Shown here piece after piece: positions 36,481 through 46,698 of a stretch of DNA of 64,000 nucleotides (within the stretch, counting starts at the first letter, position 1; each line of letters begins with the position of its first letter). The position numbers and the translations under genes were made by a program. The stretch is from Candidatus Omnitrophota bacterium (GTDB taxonomy: Bacteria; Omnitrophota; Omnitrophia; Omnitrophales; JACQLI01), in contig JACPCP010000014.1 of NCBI GenBank assembly GCA_016179745.1, positions 751 to 64,750 on the forward strand, written 5' to 3'. A model generated the notes under the pieces. It was given only the letters and a program-made list of their open reading frames with translations. It did not search any database and was not told where the DNA came from.

Positions 36481-37412
36481 ACCGTGGGAAGAATGCGGAT
36501 TGAATTCCTGACGGAAGGGTGAAAGTTTTTCTCTTCCCAGGCGCTGAGACCGTGCATCGGGTTGGGGATTGACGGGAGGGGCGGGGCGTGCCTCACTTCG
36601 ACAAGTTCCGCCGGGATTTTGTGCTGGTCGGCCTTCTCGAGGAGCCAGGTGAGAACCCCTTCATTCTCTTCCGGGGCGAAGGTGCAGGTGGAATAAACCA
36701 GCGTGCCTCCCGGTTTGAGAGCCCGGAAGGCGGAGAGGATCAAGTTCTTTTGCTTGCGGGCCATTTCCTTAATCTTGGCGGGCTTCCAGTAACGGTAGGT
36801 TGAGGGCTCGTGGGCCAAGAACCGCCCCTCGGCAGTGCAGGGCGCATCGAGAAGAACACGGTCAAAATAATCCGGCCAGTGCCGTCCGAATTGTTCTCCC
36901 GGATAACTTTTCAGCTCCACATTCGAAGCGCCCTGAAGTTCCACATTGGTCTTTAATTTGAAAAACCGGATCCGGTCGTTGTCATTGGCGACAAGCCGCC
37001 CCTCCCCTTTCATCATCACAGCCATTTGCGTGGTCTTGCTCCCCGGGGCCGCAGTGAGATCGAGGATCGTCTCTCCCGGTTGAGGATTGAGGACCAAAAC
37101 AGGAATCATACTCGAGAGGTTCTGGACGTAAATTTCACCCTTTTTATAAATTTCGGTTTCCTGAAGCTCTCGCAACCGCCCGTCCCGGAGAATGAAGGCC
37201 CCCGGACACCAGGAAACTTTCTCGAGGCGAAAGCCCAGATAGTGAAGTTTCTCTTGAATGACTTCGGGTTTTGCTTTGAGGGTGTTGACCCGGAAGGTGG
37301 TCGGCTTGGGTTCGGCAAACGTATTGGCGACAGCGTCCCATTTCTGGGAAGGGACGATTCGCCGGAGGCGTTCCAGGAAAAGTTCGGGAAGCTTCCGGAC
37401 TTCAGGTTTCAA
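36435..37412 (-). CDS. SAM-dependent RNA cytosine-C5 methyltransferase (RsmB/RsmF, NOL1/NOP2/Sun family)
   Basis: Motifs LDLTAAPGSKT, LLDAPCTAEG and LVYSTCT. I place the start at the TTG at 37412, which overlaps the aroD stop (TTGA). The upstream 135 codons of the track ORF overlap aroD and are Arg/Pro-rich nonsense. Confidence 0.82.
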   Translation of the reverse strand: MKPEVRKLPELFLERLRRIVPSQKWDAVANTFAEPKPTTFRVNTLKAKPEVIQEKLHYLGFRLEKVSWCPGAFILRDGRLRELQETEIYKKGEIYVQNLSSMIPVLVLNPQPGETILDLTAAPGSKTTQMAVMMKGEGRLVANDNDRIRFFKLKTNVELQGASNVELKSYPGEQFGRHWPDYFDRVLLDAPCTAEGRFLAHEPSTYRYWKPAKIKEMARKQKNLILSAFRALKPGGTLVYSTCTFAPEENEGVLTWLLEKADQHKIPAELVEVRHAPPLPSIPNPMHGLSAWEEKNFHPSVRNSIRILPTVQMEGFFVASLRKKE

Positions 37413-38155
37413 ACGGAGGAACGGGCCGCAAGACGGGAAAAGCGCTTGAGCTCTTTCGACAAGCGGCGGAGCGGAAGCTGCCCCGGGGCCTGGGGGCGGC
37501 CGGCGCCGGCATAGGTGTAAGCGAGAAGCGAACCGAATAAAGGCGCCAGCACCCGGGAAACGGCCCCCCGTTTTCCCATCGCAATCGTTACGAGATTCGC
37601 TTTGCGGTGCCGCTGTGTGAAAAGCAGGAGCCGGGCGATGTCCCCGGGTTTTTTTGGAGTGACGGCGAGCTTCACCAGATCGGCCTTCTCGTGCTTCGCT
37701 TTCCGGACAAGCTGAAGAAGGACGGAATCGGACGGCGTCGATTTGAAATTGTGATAAGAAAGAAGAACCTGTTTTCCCTTTCGGCGGGCCGTGGGGACCA
37801 GAGCCTTCACAAGCCAAGGAGAACTCAACTCTAGGTCGATCGCCTGAACCTCAGGAAGGATTTTTTTGAAAAGTTCAAGCCGCTGGGGATCGCTGATCAG
37901 TCGGCCGCCTCCCTCTCGGGAGCTGCGGATCGTAGCAATCAGGGGCCGACCCAACTTTCTGAGTAAACGGATTCTTTTGAGAACGGCGTCGGGAGAAATT
38001 TTCCGGAGGCGGTCGATCCGAAGCTCCAGGACCCGTGCGTCCAGCCGGCCTGCTTTTCGAATTTGTGCGGGAGCCTCCCGGTCCGCCACCGTGAGGACAA
38101 TGACCGGGCTTTTCCCGAGAAGGACGTTGCCGATTCGAACCGGTCTCAGGAGCAC
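37409..38155 (-). CDS. aroD: Type I 3-dehydroquinate dehydratase
   Basis: AroD-like sequence (SPVIVLTV..., [19 protein letters not shown]). Start probably at GTG 38155; the track ORF is over-extended into nrdJ. Confidence 0.75.
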   Translation of the reverse strand: MLLRPVRIGNVLLGKSPVIVLTVADREAPAQIRKAGRLDARVLELRIDRLRKISPDAVLKRIRLLRKLGRPLIATIRSSREGGGRLISDPQRLELFKKILPEVQAIDLELSSPWLVKALVPTARRKGKQVLLSYHNFKSTPSDSVLLQLVRKAKHEKADLVKLAVTPKKPGDIARLLLFTQRHRKANLVTIAMGKRGAVSRVLAPLFGSLLAYTYAGAGRPQAPGQLPLRRLSKELKRFSRLAARSSV

Positions 38156-41100
38156 CCCATCGAGTTGCCGCAATTGAGGCACTTGTAGCAGGAACCGGAC
38201 CGCACCGTCGTGTGGCCGCAATGATCGCAGAAGGGGGCGTCGCCCATCATGTGAGAAAGGTGCTCGTCCATGGACGGAAGGACCGCATGAGTTTTTCCGT
38301 TTCCTTTCCCATTGCCCTTACCGTTTCCAGGCACGGCTTTTTCCGGGACGGCTTGCTTCTCAGCCGGCTTCTCCGGCGGGACCTGGACAAAGTCCGTTCG
38401 GCCGAGGTATTCCATGCCGAGGACCCGGAAGATGTAATCGATCACGGACGTGGCGTATTTGACGTTCGGGTGGTCCACCGTCCCCTGCGGCTCAAAACGG
38501 GTGAAGGTGAAGACGTTGACATATTCCTCGAGCGGCACCCCATATTGAAGCCCGAGGGAAACGGCAATGGCAAAGCAGCTCATCATCGACCGGTAGGCAG
38601 CGCCCTCCTTGTGGATGTCGATGAAAATTTCCCCCAGGCCTCCATTCTCATATTCCCCGGTCCGGATATAAACCTTCTGTCCGCCGACCCGGGCCTCCTG
38701 CGTGAATCCGAAGCGTTTCTTCGGAAGGCGCTTGCGGCGAAGAGCGGGCTGGGCGGCCTCTTCCTTTTTGGAGGAGGAGTCGCCCGAGGTTGAATTCAAG
38801 GGCTGAGACGCCTTAGAGCCATCCCGGTAAAGGGCCACAGCCTTCAAGCCCATCCGCCACGATTCAATGTAGAGCTTTTCGATCTCATCGACCGTGGCCT
38901 CGTTGGGGAGATTGATCGTCTTGGAAATGGCGCCCGAAATAAAGGGCTGGGCCGCCGCCATCATTCGAACGTGGGACATCGGCTCGAGGAACCGCTTCCC
39001 GTATTTGCCGCACTTGTTGGCGCAGTCAAAAACCGGGAGGTGCTCGGGCTTCAGGTGCGGCGCCCCTTCGAGGGTCATGACACCGCAGATCACGTTGCTG
39101 GCCTCTTCGATCTCCGTCTTCGTGAAGCCCAGGGCCTCGAGAGGGTTGAAGTTGAGATTGTTATACTGCTCGGGTTTGAAGCCGAGGCGCCGCATGGCCT
39201 CCTCGCCCAGGGTCCACCGGGTAAAGGCAAAGGGAAGTTCAAAGACCGACGGGAGAAGGGCTTCCACCTTACGAAAATCCTCATCCCGCAGGCCTTTTTC
39301 ACGAAGCGTCGTTTCGTTGATCCACGGGGCACTTTTCAAAGAAGCCGTGCCCTGGATGTATTCCACGATGTTATGAATCTCAACCTCTGAGTAGCCCAAC
39401 TTTCTCAAGGCCTGAGGCACGGATTGATTCACGATCTTGAAATAGCCGCCGCCCGCCAGCTTTTTAAACTTGACGAGCGCAAAGTCGGGCTCAATCCCGG
39501 TCGTGTCGCAGTCCATCAAAAGTCCGATGGTCCCGGTGGGGGCGATCACGGTGGCCTGGGCATTCCGAAGCCCGAATTTTTCACCGAGTTCAAGGGCCTC
39601 GTCCCAATCCCGGCAGGCGGCCTCGAAAAGGTTGGCCGGACAATTCTCTTTTGAAATTTTGTAAGCGGCGTCCCGGTGCTTTTGAATCACTCGAAGCATG
39701 GACGAACGGTTTTTCAGATAACCCGGAAAAGGCCCTTTGGCCTCTGCCAATTCCGCAGAAGTCCGGTAGGCGTGGCCGGTCAGGATGGCTGTGACGGCCC
39801 CGCCGATCGCCAGGGCCTCGGGGCTGTCGTAAGGAATCCCATTGACCATAAAAAGGGTGCCGAGATTGGCGTAGCCCAGACCGAGCGGCCGGTAATCGTG
39901 GCTGTTTTGAGCAATCACCTTCGTAGGATAGGAGGCAAGGTCCACAATAATTTCCATCGCCGTGGTAAAGATCCGGACGGTGTGGCGGAAGGCCTCGATA
40001 TCAAGCCTCCCCTCCTCATCCGCAAATTTCATCACATTAATGGAAGCGAGGTTGCAGGCCGAGTCGTTCAGGAACATGTATTCGCTGCACGGGTTGGAGG
40101 CGTAGATCCGGTCCGTGTCGGCGGAAGTGTGCCAGTCATTGATGGTGGTATCGAACTGGACCCCGGGGTCCGCACATTCCCAGGCGCTCTGGGAAATGAG
40201 CCGCATCAGTTCACGGGCCTTGTAGGTCTTGTGGAGCTCGCCGGAGGTGCGATAACGGGTCGTCCACTCCCGGTCCTCCAAAACCGCCTTCATGAATTCG
40301 TCCGTGATCCGCACGGAATTATTGGAGTTCTGGCCGGAAACCGTTTTGTAGGCCTCGCCATTAAAGTCCGAGGGGTAGCCGGCCGCAATCAGGGCCCGGG
40401 CCTTTTTTTCTTCCCTCGCCTTCCAATGGATGAATTCCGCAATCTCGGGATGGTCCATGTCGAGGCAGACCATCTTGGCTGCCCGCCGGGTCGTGCCGCC
40501 GGATTTGGTCGCCCCGGCCCCCCTGTCCAGCACTTCCAGGAAGGACATGAGCCCCGAAGAGGTGCCGCCGCCGGAAAGTTTTTCGTATTTGCTGCGGATC
40601 TTCGAGAAATTGGTCCCGGTCCCCGAACCGAACTTAAAGAGGCGGGCCTCATTTTTGATCAGCTCAAAGATGGACATCAAATCATCCCCGACCGCCTGGA
40701 TGAAACAGGCCGAACACTGCGGGTGGGAATAAGAGTCGGCCGCTTCTTTGATCTCGTCCGTCTCGGGGTCCCAATACCAGTTGCCTCCTGAGCCTTTGAT
40801 CCCGTATTCATGATAGAGACCGCAGTTGAACCAGACCGGCGAATTAAAAGCGGCCTTTTGCGTGATCAGCATGTGACTCAATTCCGCTTCAAAGGTCTCG
40901 GCGTCGGCAGAAGAGCTGAAGTAACCGCCCAGGTCTTCGCCGACGGTTCGAATGGTGTGGGCAATCCGGTGGACGACCTGCCGGGCGCTGGTCTCGTGGC
41001 CCGTTCCTGGAACGCCGGCCTTTCTAAAATATTTTGAAACAATAATGTCGGTGGCCAATTGGGACCAGTCGCTGGGGACCTCCACGTCTTCCATTTTAAA

Positions 41101-41265
41101 AACCGTGCTGCCGTCCGGATTCGTAATAGCCGAAGTCCGCTTTTCATACTCCAGCCCGTCGAGCGGATTCGTGCCGGGGGCCGTGAAAAAACGGGCGAAC
41201 GGAAGTCCTGAGGCAGCTTCTTCCCGGACGGAAACGGAGGCTGAATCTTTTGTTTTCACGCTCAT
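38146..41265 (-). CDS. nrdJ: Class II (adenosylcobalamin-dependent) ribonucleotide reductase
   Basis: 1,039 aa; N-terminus and core typical of long NrdJ ([33 protein letters not shown]...); C-terminal CxxC...CxxC zinc ribbon. Confidence 0.9.
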   Translation of the reverse strand: MSVKTKDSASVSVREEAASGLPFARFFTAPGTNPLDGLEYEKRTSAITNPDGSTVFKMEDVEVPSDWSQLATDIIVSKYFRKAGVPGTGHETSARQVVHRIAHTIRTVGEDLGGYFSSSADAETFEAELSHMLITQKAAFNSPVWFNCGLYHEYGIKGSGGNWYWDPETDEIKEAADSYSHPQCSACFIQAVGDDLMSIFELIKNEARLFKFGSGTGTNFSKIRSKYEKLSGGGTSSGLMSFLEVLDRGAGATKSGGTTRRAAKMVCLDMDHPEIAEFIHWKAREEKKARALIAAGYPSDFNGEAYKTVSGQNSNNSVRITDEFMKAVLEDREWTTRYRTSGELHKTYKARELMRLISQSAWECADPGVQFDTTINDWHTSADTDRIYASNPCSEYMFLNDSACNLASINVMKFADEEGRLDIEAFRHTVRIFTTAMEIIVDLASYPTKVIAQNSHDYRPLGLGYANLGTLFMVNGIPYDSPEALAIGGAVTAILTGHAYRTSAELAEAKGPFPGYLKNRSSMLRVIQKHRDAAYKISKENCPANLFEAACRDWDEALELGEKFGLRNAQATVIAPTGTIGLLMDCDTTGIEPDFALVKFKKLAGGGYFKIVNQSVPQALRKLGYSEVEIHNIVEYIQGTASLKSAPWINETTLREKGLRDEDFRKVEALLPSVFELPFAFTRWTLGEEAMRRLGFKPEQYNNLNFNPLEALGFTKTEIEEASNVICGVMTLEGAPHLKPEHLPVFDCANKCGKYGKRFLEPMSHVRMMAAAQPFISGAISKTINLPNEATVDEIEKLYIESWRMGLKAVALYRDGSKASQPLNSTSGDSSSKKEEAAQPALRRKRLPKKRFGFTQEARVGGQKVYIRTGEYENGGLGEIFIDIHKEGAAYRSMMSCFAIAVSLGLQYGVPLEEYVNVFTFTRFEPQGTVDHPNVKYATSVIDYIFRVLGMEYLGRTDFVQVPPEKPAEKQAVPEKAVPGNGKGNGKGNGKTHAVLPSMDEHLSHMMGDAPFCDHCGHTTVRSGSCYKCLNCGNSMGCS

Positions 41266-41304
41266 GGGCTTCTCCTTTGGGCTTCGTGGGCGGCCACGTG
41301 TAGA

Positions 41305-41351
41305 TTACCAGATATTGAGGGTTTCAGCAACCGGGATACCATATCTTGTGT
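41305..41351 (-). promoter_or_regulatory. Two tandem NrdR-box-like palindromes upstream of nrdJ
   Basis: Minus strand: ACACAAGATATGGTAT (41351-41336) and CCTCAATATCTGGTAA (41320-41305), compared with the consensus acaCwAtATaTwGtgt. Centre-to-centre spacing is 31 bp. They overlap a weak TTGCTG-17-TAATCT promoter. Confidence 0.55.
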
Positions 41352-41438
41352 TTCCAGAGGATGAATCGTCCTTATGGGTTTGGGACTTTAGGGTCTATTT
41401 TTCGAGGAACGCTGAAGAAAAGCCAAAACGCTCAAAGA

Positions 41439-41476
41439 GAAAAAAATAGGATAATTTCAAACGCCTGAAATTATCC
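41439..41476 (-). terminator. Rho-independent terminator
   Basis: Perfect 11-bp stem GGATAATTTCA / TGAAATTATCC (41476-41466 / 41459-41449) with a 6-nt loop, followed on the minus strand by TATTTTTTT. Confidence 0.75.
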
Positions 41477-41615
41477 TATCTGGTTAACTCACCCACTCTG
41501 GTTGTTTCAAATAATGAAGACATCGGCTCGAAGGAGTTATTTTCTCTTTCCGTTCGGACTTTCCATCCGCCAACTTTTCCTCGATCAAAGAACAAAACTG
41601 CCAGACTCAAAGCCG
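41440..41615 (-). ncRNA. Candidate ~175-nt small RNA (6S-like rod structure), independent promoter-to-terminator unit
   Basis: Bounded by a near-consensus promoter (41649-41622) and the terminator at 41439-41476. There is no credible ORF (only 9-15-codon micro-ORFs). The 5' CUCACC...UCUGG pairs with the 3' CCAGA...GGUGAG, and there are further imperfect long-range pairings. Confidence 0.45.
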
Positions 41616-41621
41616 GTGAGC

Positions 41622-41649
41622 ATTTTATCTCCCACTCTTCAAATGTCAA
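41622..41649 (-). promoter_or_regulatory. Near-consensus sigma70 promoter
   Basis: Minus strand reads TTGACA (41649-41644), 16 nt, TAAAAT (41627-41622), starting 28 nt after the mnmE stop. Confidence 0.6.
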
Positions 41650-41676
41650 TCGATTTCCAAAAAAATTTTTGTTTGA

Positions 41677-43068
41677 TTATTTTCCAATACAGAATTCTTG
41701 GAAAATCACATCGAGAAGGTCCTCGGAGTAGACCTCGCCCACCAGTTCCCGGAGCGAATCGACGGCGGCCTTGAGGTCCACAAGGATAAATTCAGCCGAC
41801 AGTTTTTCCTCGAACGACTTTCGGGCCCGGCGGAGCCCCTCGAGCCCTTTTTCGAGGGCCTGTTTGTGACGAAGCCGTGTCAAAACCATACTTTCCTCAA
41901 CCCGTCCGTTTTCCAAAATCTTTTCTTCGATCCGTTTCTCAAGTTCCGGAAGGCCGGTCCCGGTCGCACAGGAAATGACGCAGGGGGGGTGACCCAAAAT
42001 CGACCCGTTGAGTTTTTCGACAGACAATTTTCGGGGCAGGTCGGCCTTGTTGATGACCGGGAGGATATTTTTCCCCTGAAGCCGGGAGCAAAGGACGGCA
42101 TCTTCCGAAGTCCAGGGCGAGGAACCGTCAAACAAAAGGAGAAGAAGGTCTGCCTCTTGAAGAGTGGCCTGGGTCCTTTCGATTCCCATCCGGTCCAGTT
42201 CGTCTTTGGGGGCCGGGTTGAGCCCGGCCGTGTCGACGAGGCGGAGCGCCCAGCCGCCGATTTCAATCGTCTCCTCGAGCGTGTCACGGGTCGTGCCCGG
42301 AATCTCGGAAACGAGCGCCCGGTCTTTCTCCAGGAGGGCGTTCAGGAGGGAGGACTTCCCGACGTTCGGACGGCCTACGATCACGGTCAAAATTCCCTCT
42401 CGCATCCAAAGCCCTCTTTTGAAGCTGGCCACGAGCTTTTGAATTTCCCCTTCCGCCGCCCGCATTCGTTTTGAAAATTCCTCCGCCGAAAAATGCTCCA
42501 AATGCTCGTCGGGAAAATCCAGACTGCTTTCAAAGTGGGCGCAAAGCTTGAGGAGGTCCTCTTTCAGCCCCTGGAGCTTTTTTGAAAGGCGGCCCTGGAG
42601 CTGGCGGAGGGCCGCAGCCATCGAAACATCGCTCTGCGAACGGATCAAATCCAAAACGGCCTCGGCCTGGGTCAAATCCATCTTTCCCTTGAGAAAGGCC
42701 CGCTGGGTGAACTCCCCCGGCCCGGCGTGGCGGGCGCCGGCCGAGACCAGCGCCTCGAGAATTCGCCGGGTCGGGTGAGGCCCGCCGTGACAACTGATTT
42801 CCGCCACGTCTTCTCCCGTGTAGGAACGGGGCGAACGAAAAAGACTCACGAGCACTTCATCCAGGACTTCGCCCTTTTCGTCCACCCAGCAGCCGTGATG
42901 GATGGTGTGGGTCGGCGCTGCGTCAAGGTCTGTTTTTTGAGTCGGCCGGAAGAATTTCGTCACGAGCGAAACGGCGTCTTTCCCGCTCACTCGAATGACG
43001 GCAATCCCGCCCACACCGGGCGGCGTCGAACGGGCGGCGATCGTATCGTTCCAATTTACCTTCGGCAT
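41677..43068 (-). CDS. mnmE: tRNA modification GTPase MnmE
   Basis: 463 aa; G1 motif GRPNVGKSSLLN; C-terminal FCIGK signature. Confidence 0.93.
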   Translation of the reverse strand: MPKVNWNDTIAARSTPPGVGGIAVIRVSGKDAVSLVTKFFRPTQKTDLDAAPTHTIHHGCWVDEKGEVLDEVLVSLFRSPRSYTGEDVAEISCHGGPHPTRRILEALVSAGARHAGPGEFTQRAFLKGKMDLTQAEAVLDLIRSQSDVSMAAALRQLQGRLSKKLQGLKEDLLKLCAHFESSLDFPDEHLEHFSAEEFSKRMRAAEGEIQKLVASFKRGLWMREGILTVIVGRPNVGKSSLLNALLEKDRALVSEIPGTTRDTLEETIEIGGWALRLVDTAGLNPAPKDELDRMGIERTQATLQEADLLLLLFDGSSPWTSEDAVLCSRLQGKNILPVINKADLPRKLSVEKLNGSILGHPPCVISCATGTGLPELEKRIEEKILENGRVEESMVLTRLRHKQALEKGLEGLRRARKSFEEKLSAEFILVDLKAAVDSLRELVGEVYSEDLLDVIFQEFCIGK

Positions 43069-44288
43069 TGAGAACGGACCTCCCCCACCAAATAAAAGGA
43101 ACCCGTGACCACAATCAAATCTCCCGGCCGGGCCAGCCGTCTCGCCAGACCCAGGGCCTCTCGGGAAGTGGAAGCCGGAAAAGACAGCTTAAAATGATTC
43201 CGGGCCAGCGACAGGAGCGATGAGACCTCCCGGGCCCGGGGGGTTTTTGCCCGGGTCAGAATACAAATCTTTGAAACCTTTGCGAGGAGAGGAATCATCT
43301 GATCGTATCGCTTGTCCCGGGAAGTGCCGAAAATAAAAATAATGCTCCGGCCTCCAAAAAGCTTCTTTAAATTCCGGACCAGTGCGGCAATGGACTTGGG
43401 GTTGTGCGCCCCGTCGAGGAGGATGGGGGGCCTTCCTTTAAAGAGCTCCATCCGCCCCGGCCAATGCTTGGAGCAAACCCCTTTAAGAATTGCGTCCTTT
43501 GTGACTGGAAATTGATACCGGTCCCGAAGAATCTGGGCCGCTCGGATTGCCAGGGCCGCATTCAGCTTCTGGAAATCGCCCAAAAGCCCGACTTTCATTC
43601 CTTGAAGCCGAAGCGGCAACGAGATCCGGCACTTCCGCCGCCGGGCCACCCTTCGAATCACTGGACGGACCTCTTTTTCCTGGGGCGCTGTCACAACGTC
43701 CCGGCCCGGCACGAGGATCGCCGCCTTCTCACCCGCAATTTTGGCCAGGGTATTTCCGAGAAAGGCCTCGTGATCAAAATGAATCGGCGTCAAGATCACG
43801 AGTTTTGCGGGCAGCGTGTGCGTGGCATCGAGCCTCCCTCCCATCCCGACTTCAAAGACGGCCGTGTCCACATTTTTTTCTTTAAACAGGATCGAAGCCA
43901 AAAGAGTGAGAATTTCAAAATAGGTGAAATCCGGGCCTGAGGGCCCGAGCTTCTTTTTAATTCGGAGAAGCCCCCGGGAAAAATCCTTTTGGGAGACCGG
44001 TCGACGGTTGATCCAAATCCGTTCCCTCGGCCCCTCCAAATGAGGGGAGCTGTAAAAACCGACCCGAAGCCCGCTCTGGCGCAGGATCTCGGAAAGAAAG
44101 TAGCCCGTCGAGCCCTTCCCCTTGGTCCCGCCGATCACGACCGTAAAGATACCCCGCTCCGGATGGCCGAAGCGCCTTTGGAGTTCCCGCATCCGTTTTA
44201 AATTCCAGCTCCGGGCGTGGGCCCTCGAAATCTGCTCAAAATTGAGAAGCGAATTCAAAAAGGTAAGGGCTCGGCGATAGGAATTCAC
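43056..44288 (-). CDS. folC: Folylpolyglutamate synthase / dihydrofolate synthase
   Basis: 410 aa; Mur-ligase P-loop GGTKGKGST. Confidence 0.9.
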   Translation of the reverse strand: MNSYRRALTFLNSLLNFEQISRAHARSWNLKRMRELQRRFGHPERGIFTVVIGGTKGKGSTGYFLSEILRQSGLRVGFYSSPHLEGPRERIWINRRPVSQKDFSRGLLRIKKKLGPSGPDFTYFEILTLLASILFKEKNVDTAVFEVGMGGRLDATHTLPAKLVILTPIHFDHEAFLGNTLAKIAGEKAAILVPGRDVVTAPQEKEVRPVIRRVARRRKCRISLPLRLQGMKVGLLGDFQKLNAALAIRAAQILRDRYQFPVTKDAILKGVCSKHWPGRMELFKGRPPILLDGAHNPKSIAALVRNLKKLFGGRSIIFIFGTSRDKRYDQMIPLLAKVSKICILTRAKTPRAREVSSLLSLARNHFKLSFPASTSREALGLARRLARPGDLIVVTGSFYLVGEVRSQCRR

Positions 44289-44306
44289 GGGAAAATTTGA
44301 AAACGA

Positions 44307-45905
44307 TCAGTGACGAAAATGCCGTTCGCCGGTGAAGACCATGGCGATGCCTGCCTGGTTGCAGGCGTCGATCACGTCCCCGTCCCGGATGGAACCTCCC
44401 GGCTGAATGATGGCCCGGATCCCGGCCCGGGACGCTATCTCAATGGAGTCGGGCATCGGGAAGAAGGCGTCGCTTCCGATCAATCCTCCCCGGGACCGTT
44501 CGCCTGCCTTCTTACAGGCAATCTCCATCGAATCGACCCGGGACATTTGGCCCGCCCCGACCCCGACGGTTTGGCGATCCTTCGTAATCACAATAGCATT
44601 GGAGCGGACGCACTTGGCCGCTTTCCAGGCAAAGAGGAGTTCGTCCAAATCCTCCGGGGTCACCTGCTTTTCGGTCACCGTCCTAAGCTTTTTTCTCAGC
44701 TCAGCTTCGTGAAGGCGGACCGGCCGGTTCCGGTCCTGAAGGAGAACGCCGAATTTAGTGAACCGCAGGTCCCACGGCCCGCCCTCGCCGAGGGGGCCCA
44801 CCTCGAGCAGGCGGACATTTTTGCGTTCCTTGAGGAATTTTAAAGCGTCGGGCCGAAACCGGGGAGCCACCACCACTTCCAAAAATCGGAGCAGTTCGTA
44901 AAGTTTCCCGGCCGTCTTCAAATCGCACGGCCGGTTGAGGCCTACGATTCCTCCAAAGGCCGACTGGGGGTCCGAATCAATCGCCCGGGCCAGCGCCCCT
45001 TCCAAAGTCTTCCCCTCCGCAATCCCGCAGGGGTTCGTGTGCTTCACGACACAGGCGGCAATCTCATCAAATTCACGCAGGGTGTCGAGCGTGGCCTCAA
45101 AATCAAGGAGGTTATTAAAGGAAAGCTCTTTGCCGTGGAGGACCTTGAAATCAAAGCGGGGCTTTCCGAGCCTGCGGTAAAGCGCCCCCCGCTGGTGCGG
45201 GTTTTCCCCGTAACGCAAATCCATCGCCTTTTCGTAAATCACGTCCAAACGGGACGGAAGGGGTTCGTTGTGTGTCTCGCCGGCGGATTTTTTGGGTTTG
45301 GACGCAGGGTCCGAGCCTCCGTGCTGCGCCAAATAATTTCCAATCAAATGATCGTATTGGGAGGTTTTTTCAAAAACTTTTTGGGCGAGCCGGGCCCGGA
45401 GCTTGAGGGAAATTCCCCCGGGGGACGCCAGGGCCTCCGCCACGGCCGGGTAGTCCGCCGGGTCGGTGACCACGGCCACGGACTTGAAGTTCTTCGCCGC
45501 CGCCCGAAGCATCGTCGGACCCCCGATATCGATGTATTCGAGGGCCGTTTCCAACGAAACTCCTTTTTTTTGAATGACCTCTCCGAAGGGATAAAGATTG
45601 ACGACGACAAGATCAATGGAAGGGATGCCGTGCTGCCGGACTTCCTTCTCGTCCGGCTTCCGCCCCCGCCGGTAAAGGAGCCCGCCGTGAATTTTGGGGT
45701 GGAGGGTCTTGACCCGGCCCTCCAGGATTTCGGGAAAACCGGTGATTTCGGAAACGGAACGGGCCGGAATGCGGGCCTGTGTTAACGCCTTGAGCGTCCC
45801 CCCGGTGGAAAGTATCTCGAAGCTGTGTTTCCGGAGGGCCTGAGCGAAGGGGATAAGACCGGTTTTATCGTAAACACTAATGAGCGCTCTTTTTAGCTTT
45901 GCCAT
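44307..45905 (-). CDS. purH: Bifunctional AICAR transformylase / IMP cyclohydrolase
   Basis: 532 aa; N-terminus [17 protein letters not shown] and typical length. Confidence 0.93.
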   Translation of the reverse strand: MAKLKRALISVYDKTGLIPFAQALRKHSFEILSTGGTLKALTQARIPARSVSEITGFPEILEGRVKTLHPKIHGGLLYRRGRKPDEKEVRQHGIPSIDLVVVNLYPFGEVIQKKGVSLETALEYIDIGGPTMLRAAAKNFKSVAVVTDPADYPAVAEALASPGGISLKLRARLAQKVFEKTSQYDHLIGNYLAQHGGSDPASKPKKSAGETHNEPLPSRLDVIYEKAMDLRYGENPHQRGALYRRLGKPRFDFKVLHGKELSFNNLLDFEATLDTLREFDEIAACVVKHTNPCGIAEGKTLEGALARAIDSDPQSAFGGIVGLNRPCDLKTAGKLYELLRFLEVVVAPRFRPDALKFLKERKNVRLLEVGPLGEGGPWDLRFTKFGVLLQDRNRPVRLHEAELRKKLRTVTEKQVTPEDLDELLFAWKAAKCVRSNAIVITKDRQTVGVGAGQMSRVDSMEIACKKAGERSRGGLIGSDAFFPMPDSIEIASRAGIRAIIQPGGSIRDGDVIDACNQAGIAMVFTGERHFRH

Positions 45906-46698
45906 TTAGAGTTTCCCTTTCGACGCCTTGGCGGAATAACGTTTGAAGTTTTCGGGTCAGGGGGCCGGGAAGGGCCGAACCGATTTTTCGCCCGTCGACC
46001 TCCCGAATCGGCAAAATTTCCCACGATGTATTGGTTAAAAAAGCCTCGTCGGCGTTGAACAACTCGTGCCGTGTGACGGGCCGTTCTTCAACCGGAATTT
46101 TTCCCTGGCGGGCGCATTCTATCACAAAGCGGCGGGTCACTCCATTCAGGAGCCCCACGGCCGGCGGCGTAATCAGTAGGGGCAGGCCCCCGTGCCTGTC
46201 CGAGACTTTTTCGACCATGAAAAAATTCCCAATCCTCACCTCCGTGAGGTAGCCTTCCTGATTCAAAAAGAGAATTTCATAGGTCCCGGAGGGCGCCGGG
46301 TCGAGTGTCGCCAGGACCTGATTGAGGCAGGAGGTGCTTTTCGCCTCGGGGTGATGGGCCTCGGAAGGATTCCGCCGGACCACGGTAGTCTTTAGAACAA
46401 TCCCCTTTAGATACATTTCAGGCGGGTGGACTCTTTCACTGACAACAACAAAGATTTCATCCCCCGCCAGGGTAAGCCGGACAAACGCCTCTTTTTTCCC
46501 GGAATCCTTCAACTCCTTCTTAAGCCGCCGGCGAAGCTCGGACCGGCTGAGCGGAACCTTGAGCCCCAAGGTCTTCGCCGACTCCAAAAACCGGTCGAGA
46601 TGCTCCTCCAAGCGGAAGAACATCCCGCTGTAGACCCGCATACTTTCATAAATCCCGGAGGTCTGATCAGAAATTGAAGAGAGGTCTATCTGAGCCAA
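45877..46698 (-). CDS. pabC: Class IV aminotransferase-fold protein, probable aminodeoxychorismate lyase
   Basis: 273 aa; class-IV fold sequence (GIYESMRVY...FRLEEHLDRF). Assigned to pabC from its size and its context with pabB and folC. Confidence 0.6.
   Translation of the reverse strand: MAQIDLSSISDQTSGIYESMRVYSGMFFRLEEHLDRFLESAKTLGLKVPLSRSELRRRLKKELKDSGKKEAFVRLTLAGDEIFVVVSERVHPPEMYLKGIVLKTTVVRRNPSEAHHPEAKSTSCLNQVLATLDPAPSGTYEILFLNQEGYLTEVRIGNFFMVEKVSDRHGGLPLLITPPAVGLLNGVTRRFVIECARQGKIPVEERPVTRHELFNADEAFLTNTSWEILPIREVDGRKIGSALPGPLTRKLQTLFRQGVERETLNGKAKKSAH

Noticed and set aside
37413-37817. 5' extensions of track ORFs: 36435-37817, 17058-18191, 48860-50095, 24087-27461, 28679-30145 and 20999-21937
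   Set aside because: The extensions overlap the preceding real gene, read as low-complexity sequence and precede homolog-like N-termini with better start contexts. I trimmed the starts accordingly.
38128-38142. GGTTCGAATCG T-loop-like string, checked for a tRNA
   Set aside because: It lies inside the aroD coding region, and no acceptor or anticodon stems can be drawn around it. No tRNA was found anywhere in the window.
38293-38328. Tandem 12-nt repeats (GNGK x3 in nrdJ; a similar PAEG x3 in cusB at ~28400-28450), checked as possible CRISPR or VNTR
   Set aside because: They are in frame within coding sequence, far too short and few for a CRISPR array, and code for low-complexity linkers.
41266-41440. 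A cobalamin riboswitch upstream of nrdJ
   Set aside because: No B12-box-like sequence is visible. B12 riboswitches normally control B12-independent reductases, not NrdJ. The region is better explained by NrdR boxes plus a short leader.
41502-41774. 90-aa plus-strand ORF in the mnmE-nrdJ spacer
   Set aside because: It runs antisense through the candidate sRNA and into the mnmE 3' end. It has no RBS and its sequence is not protein-like.
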